NCBI GenBank assembly: GCA_013265495.1
Contig: MU057744.1
Location: forward strand, 682,001-746,000
Source of the DNA: Vicugna vicugna
Taxonomy: Eukaryota
Reading direction: 5' to 3'
Length of the DNA: 64,000 nt
In this document: piece by piece, positions 60,640 to 64,000 of the stretch
Layout of the letters: the number at the start of each line of letters is the position of its first letter
How positions within the stretch are numbered: position 1 is the stretch's first letter
The notes under the pieces: generated by a model
Told to the model about the DNA's origin: nothing
What the model saw: only the letters and a program-made list of their open reading frames with translations
The model's database searches: none
Made by a program: the position numbers and the translations under genes

Positions 60640-63480
60640 CTCTTTTGGGAAGTTCAGGGCAACAAACACTCTCATAAAAATGAGCAACAGAAGAGCATGG
60701 GGGTCAAGTCCAATACAAAGTTACTCTAAGGCTAAGATAGAAAAGGACAGCAAGAAGTGAAGTAACAACCCTACGGGCAATGAAAGCTTGCCCCAGAGAC
60801 GTGCTAACAGAACAGATCAAGAGTGTAATTTTCCCTATTTCAACTTATGCGAAAAGAGAGGAAGAAAATGATCAAAACCAGGAAAGAACAAAAGGAATCT
60901 GAATTTGAAAATCTCAGGAATGAGGCAACAAAATTCAGGAAAGAAGTAGAAATTTTTTTAAAAGGATTATTTCAGAAATGAAGACTCAAATCGAGGGAAC
61001 ACAAAGTTAATAAATGCAACCAGTGATGCTTTAAGAGAAACACAGGGTGGAAGTGAGGAAAACTTCTAAAGACAAAAAGAAAGGAAATCAAACAGGAGAA
61101 ACACTGGAGATGGGCAGAGAACATTCAATATGCAAAACGAGAGGCCCTGAAAAAACAAACCAAAGGAAGGAAAGAGAACACATACTGAAACCAGAATCCT
61201 AGGAAATTTCCCTGAAATCAAAAAAAAATTTGAAATAGCAAATTGAAAAAGCACATCACGTAACTAAGAACACCGACCCAGGGCAACCAGTACCACACCA
61301 TGTTCCAGTAAAACTACCGCACGTTTGAAGCGAGCGATGGAAGAGAAAGAAAAAATCTTTTGTGCATCTGGGAAAAAAGGGCAAATTCTCTTCTGATTAC
61401 CATTTACACTTTTGACAGCAGTGCTTTAAGTCAGAAGACTATTTGGGGCAGTGAAGGAAAGAAAATGAACCAAGGATATTGTTTCCATGAGCCCTTCCTG
61501 AGCAGTTTACTAGAGAACAAGGTCCTGACAGCCAAGCAACTAGAAAGCCATTGACATAAAGTCGGGTAACAAGCAATAGATGCATAGTTACTAGGTGAAT
61601 TAAGATCAAATGAGGGTTGAAAGGCAGAGAACACTGAAGGTACTGCTCACAAGCAATGCAGACTTAACTAAAAAGACAGGAATGGATGTGGACAGCACAT
61701 GCGAAAACTTTGACTTGTTCTCTGAAGTTGTATCAGAGGTATAGAGTATTAGCATCCTCAGGCTATGCGTGGAATGTGGAGGGAAGTAAACAGGGACATG
61801 GGGTCTATTCTAATTCTGCACCCTTGAGAACCAGGATTCTCAGTGTGGAAGAAAGGAGAGATGGGTATAATCTAGACGACTTCCAATGGGAAATGCCATT
61901 ATGCATTCATGAATTCCTCGCTCTGTCTGAGCACGCCAAGTACCTATCTGTGGTCCTGCAATACCATTGCCCAGTAAAAGAAACCAGAGCATGATGGAGA
62001 AAAGGCGGGTTGTAGTTCGGAGGAAGTATACATGAATCTAAAACCCTTGCCTCACCAGGGAGCAAGCCTCACAGCTGACCCTCTGTAGCTGCAGGTTCCA
62101 TGTACTCAGATTCCAACCACCAGGGAGCGAATATATTAGTAACAAAATTCCAGGAAGTTCTCAAAAGCAGAACTAGAGTTTGCCACACAATTTACATTGT
62201 ATTTACAACTATTTACATAGCATTTACGTTTAATTTAAAACTATTTACAGAATATTTACATTGTATTAGGTATTGTAAGTAATTTAGAGATGACTTAAGG
62301 AATATGGGAGGGTGTGTGTGGGTGATATGCCACAGCTACACCATTTTATATAAGGAATTTCAGCATCCTCAGATTTGGGTATCTTTGGGGGCCCTGGAAC
62401 CAGTTTGCCATGGATACTGAGGGATGACTGTACTAGAATCATGTCAAAAGGACCAGGGACCAACTTCAAGAGGTTCCCATGGACCAAAGATGGGACCCAG
62501 AGCCACAATGAGAATAATGGTTACTACCAGTTGATATCCATGAGTTTATATTGATATTAAAAACTAACAATGAATTACTAAACATCAGTGGCTGATAAAG
62601 AATCAGTTACCTTGTCGACTAGTGAAAAAAGGAAAGATCCGAGCATTTATCCTGCCTTTCCTTTATGAAATGCACCACTGGGAAACCAAAGGGCAGACAA
62701 GGAGAAGGTTTTTTTTAAGTATTCCGACTAATAAATGAAAAAAAGAAAGCTATGGTGATAGAACTAGACGATCACCATTTTGCACCCACTAGACGTTAAC
62801 AGACCGAAGCGACGAGCATCAGCTCCAACTAACAACTGAGAAAGGAGTGAAGGAACTAGCTTCTCACCGTCTGCCCCTCCCTGGAAATCAACGCACCCAG
62901 GCCACAGTCACTCATGGCCGCGACCATCACAGGGAGCGAGACAAGCCGACTTTCCGTGCTTCTGATGGAACGTAAAACCATCACCTGCTGCGGTGCCAAA
63001 GGGGCTGACCTGAGCCTGATCGAGCCCCTGGCCCCAGCTGCCAGTCTGCGGACGATATGCAGGACGGACGAGCACGTGGAACAGCACCACGAGGGCACCG
63101 TCAGCAAACTCCAGACTGTGGGAGGAGCCACAGTTCAAAAGCCTTGAGTTCTTCAGTAAATAAACTTCAAGGGAAGGAAAGGGATGGAAGAGGGAACTAC
63201 AGACAGCAAAGCAGGCAACTCCGAATGACAGTGTCTAGGGAAGCACACGTGTGATAAAACTGTAGAGAAATGCAGGGAAGTGGTTACTGTAAAAGTGAAG
63301 TTGGTGGTGGCTCTGGGGGAGGAGGGGGGGGGAGGAGGCTCCGACTGGGACAGAGCCGCTGGGAGGGCTTCTGGGCTGCAGGTGAGGGTCTAGTCTTGAC
63401 CCAGGTGGTACTTGCAAGGGAGTTTGTACCTCTGTTCTAGTTGACTTTCTGTAGCTATGTTTTATTTTACAATAAAAAGG
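60640..63480 (+). mobile_element. Ancient LINE-1 remnant: ORF1-like region followed by an L1MC/L1MD-type 3' UTR
   Basis: A-rich ORF1-like sequence (aaatttccctgaaatcaaaa..aaattgaaaaagcacatcac); 3' UTR motifs atttatcctgcctttcct, atcaccattttgca, cagcaaactccagactgtggga. Confidence 0.6.
62072..62430 (-). mobile_element. MER2-family TcMar-Tigger MITE inserted in the old L1
   Basis: Imperfect TIRs cagctgaccctctgtag / gatactgagggatgactg followed by TA; internal aactatttacatagcatttac repeats. Confidence 0.8.
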
Positions 63481-64000
63481 TAGAAAACAGGAGAGAACAG
63501 GAGGAGAGGAAGCGGAGGCAACTCCAGGCAACCTTGCTGAGGAATTACAGTATAAAAGCGCGGAGCAGTGGGACGGCAGCGGGAGGGGGGTGTCCGGTCA
63601 AGGGAAGTCCTCATTTTTGTCTTTCAGATGACAAATATCGTGTCTGCGGGCTGACTGGAATTTTCCAGTAGAGACGGAAAGGATAACCACCCAGGATGAA
63701 CACTTTCATCTCAGACAAACAATAATCTGGCACATTCAGTTGATGTTCATTGGAAATTTATGATTTGTAACTTTGTTGGTATTTAATTTGTAACTGTGTT
63801 TTGCTTTCATGATTATAAAAGAAGTTGATACCTAGATTTATTCATCATAAAAATAATCGAAGCCAACCCTGGAGGTCTTAAAAATGTTTTTCTTTCAAAG
63901 AAGGGTCTTACTCAATTTTGAGAAAAATTGCTTTAGGAAATTCTTTTACATAGAGGGTTCCAGAAACCCTTTCTGTAAACTAAGACATGATTCAGGCCTC

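Larger units (their letters stand above)
38700..64000 (-). other. NID1: NID1 gene, 3' portion (intron 12 to 3' UTR); 5' part lies beyond the right edge
   Basis: Eight exons splice in frame into the nidogen-1 C-terminal 405 aa (1217 nt including stop). No exon 12 (EGF, DECQPSRCHP-like) was found in 54711-64000. The left boundary is estimated from the poly(A) signal. Confidence 0.96.

Noticed and set aside
1-64000. CRISPR arrays, rRNA, snoRNA/miRNA hairpins, processed pseudogenes, intact transposase/RT or NUMTs
   Set aside because: None was recognised by eye; small RNAs cannot be excluded without Infernal/Rfam or BLAST.

Overview
Mammalian genomic DNA, most likely camelid (alpaca/llama/camel). 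The young SINEs are tRNA-Ala(AGC)-headed vic-1-type elements, and I saw no Alu, B1/B2, Bov-tA, CHR, PRE-1 or Can SINEs. The only protein-coding gene I can support is the 3' part of NID1 (nidogen-1/entactin) on the minus strand. It has eight coding exons (13-20 by human numbering, recalled), all GT-AG and in frame: 1217 nt encoding the thyroglobulin type-1 domain, the YWTD beta-propeller (G3) and the C-terminal EGF module. The stop is at 40603-40605, followed by a ~1.9 kb 3' UTR. Intron 12 runs off the right edge. Positions 1-38.7 kb are intergenic: L1 3' ends, L2, MIR, MLT1 LTRs, Tigger/MER DNA transposons, SINEs and two orphan GC/CpG-rich patches (~33 kb and 35.6-36.9 kb). There are two assembly gaps. 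I found no convincing novel gene system. The most interesting observations concern one SINE in NID1 intron 13. Its head folds into a complete 72-nt tRNA cloverleaf lacking the G3:U70 alanine identity pair, and it has an unusual two-part tail. It also has no T4 Pol III terminator until it has crossed nearly all of exon 13 in antisense. Repeat family names and boundaries come from recalled consensus sequences and are approximate.
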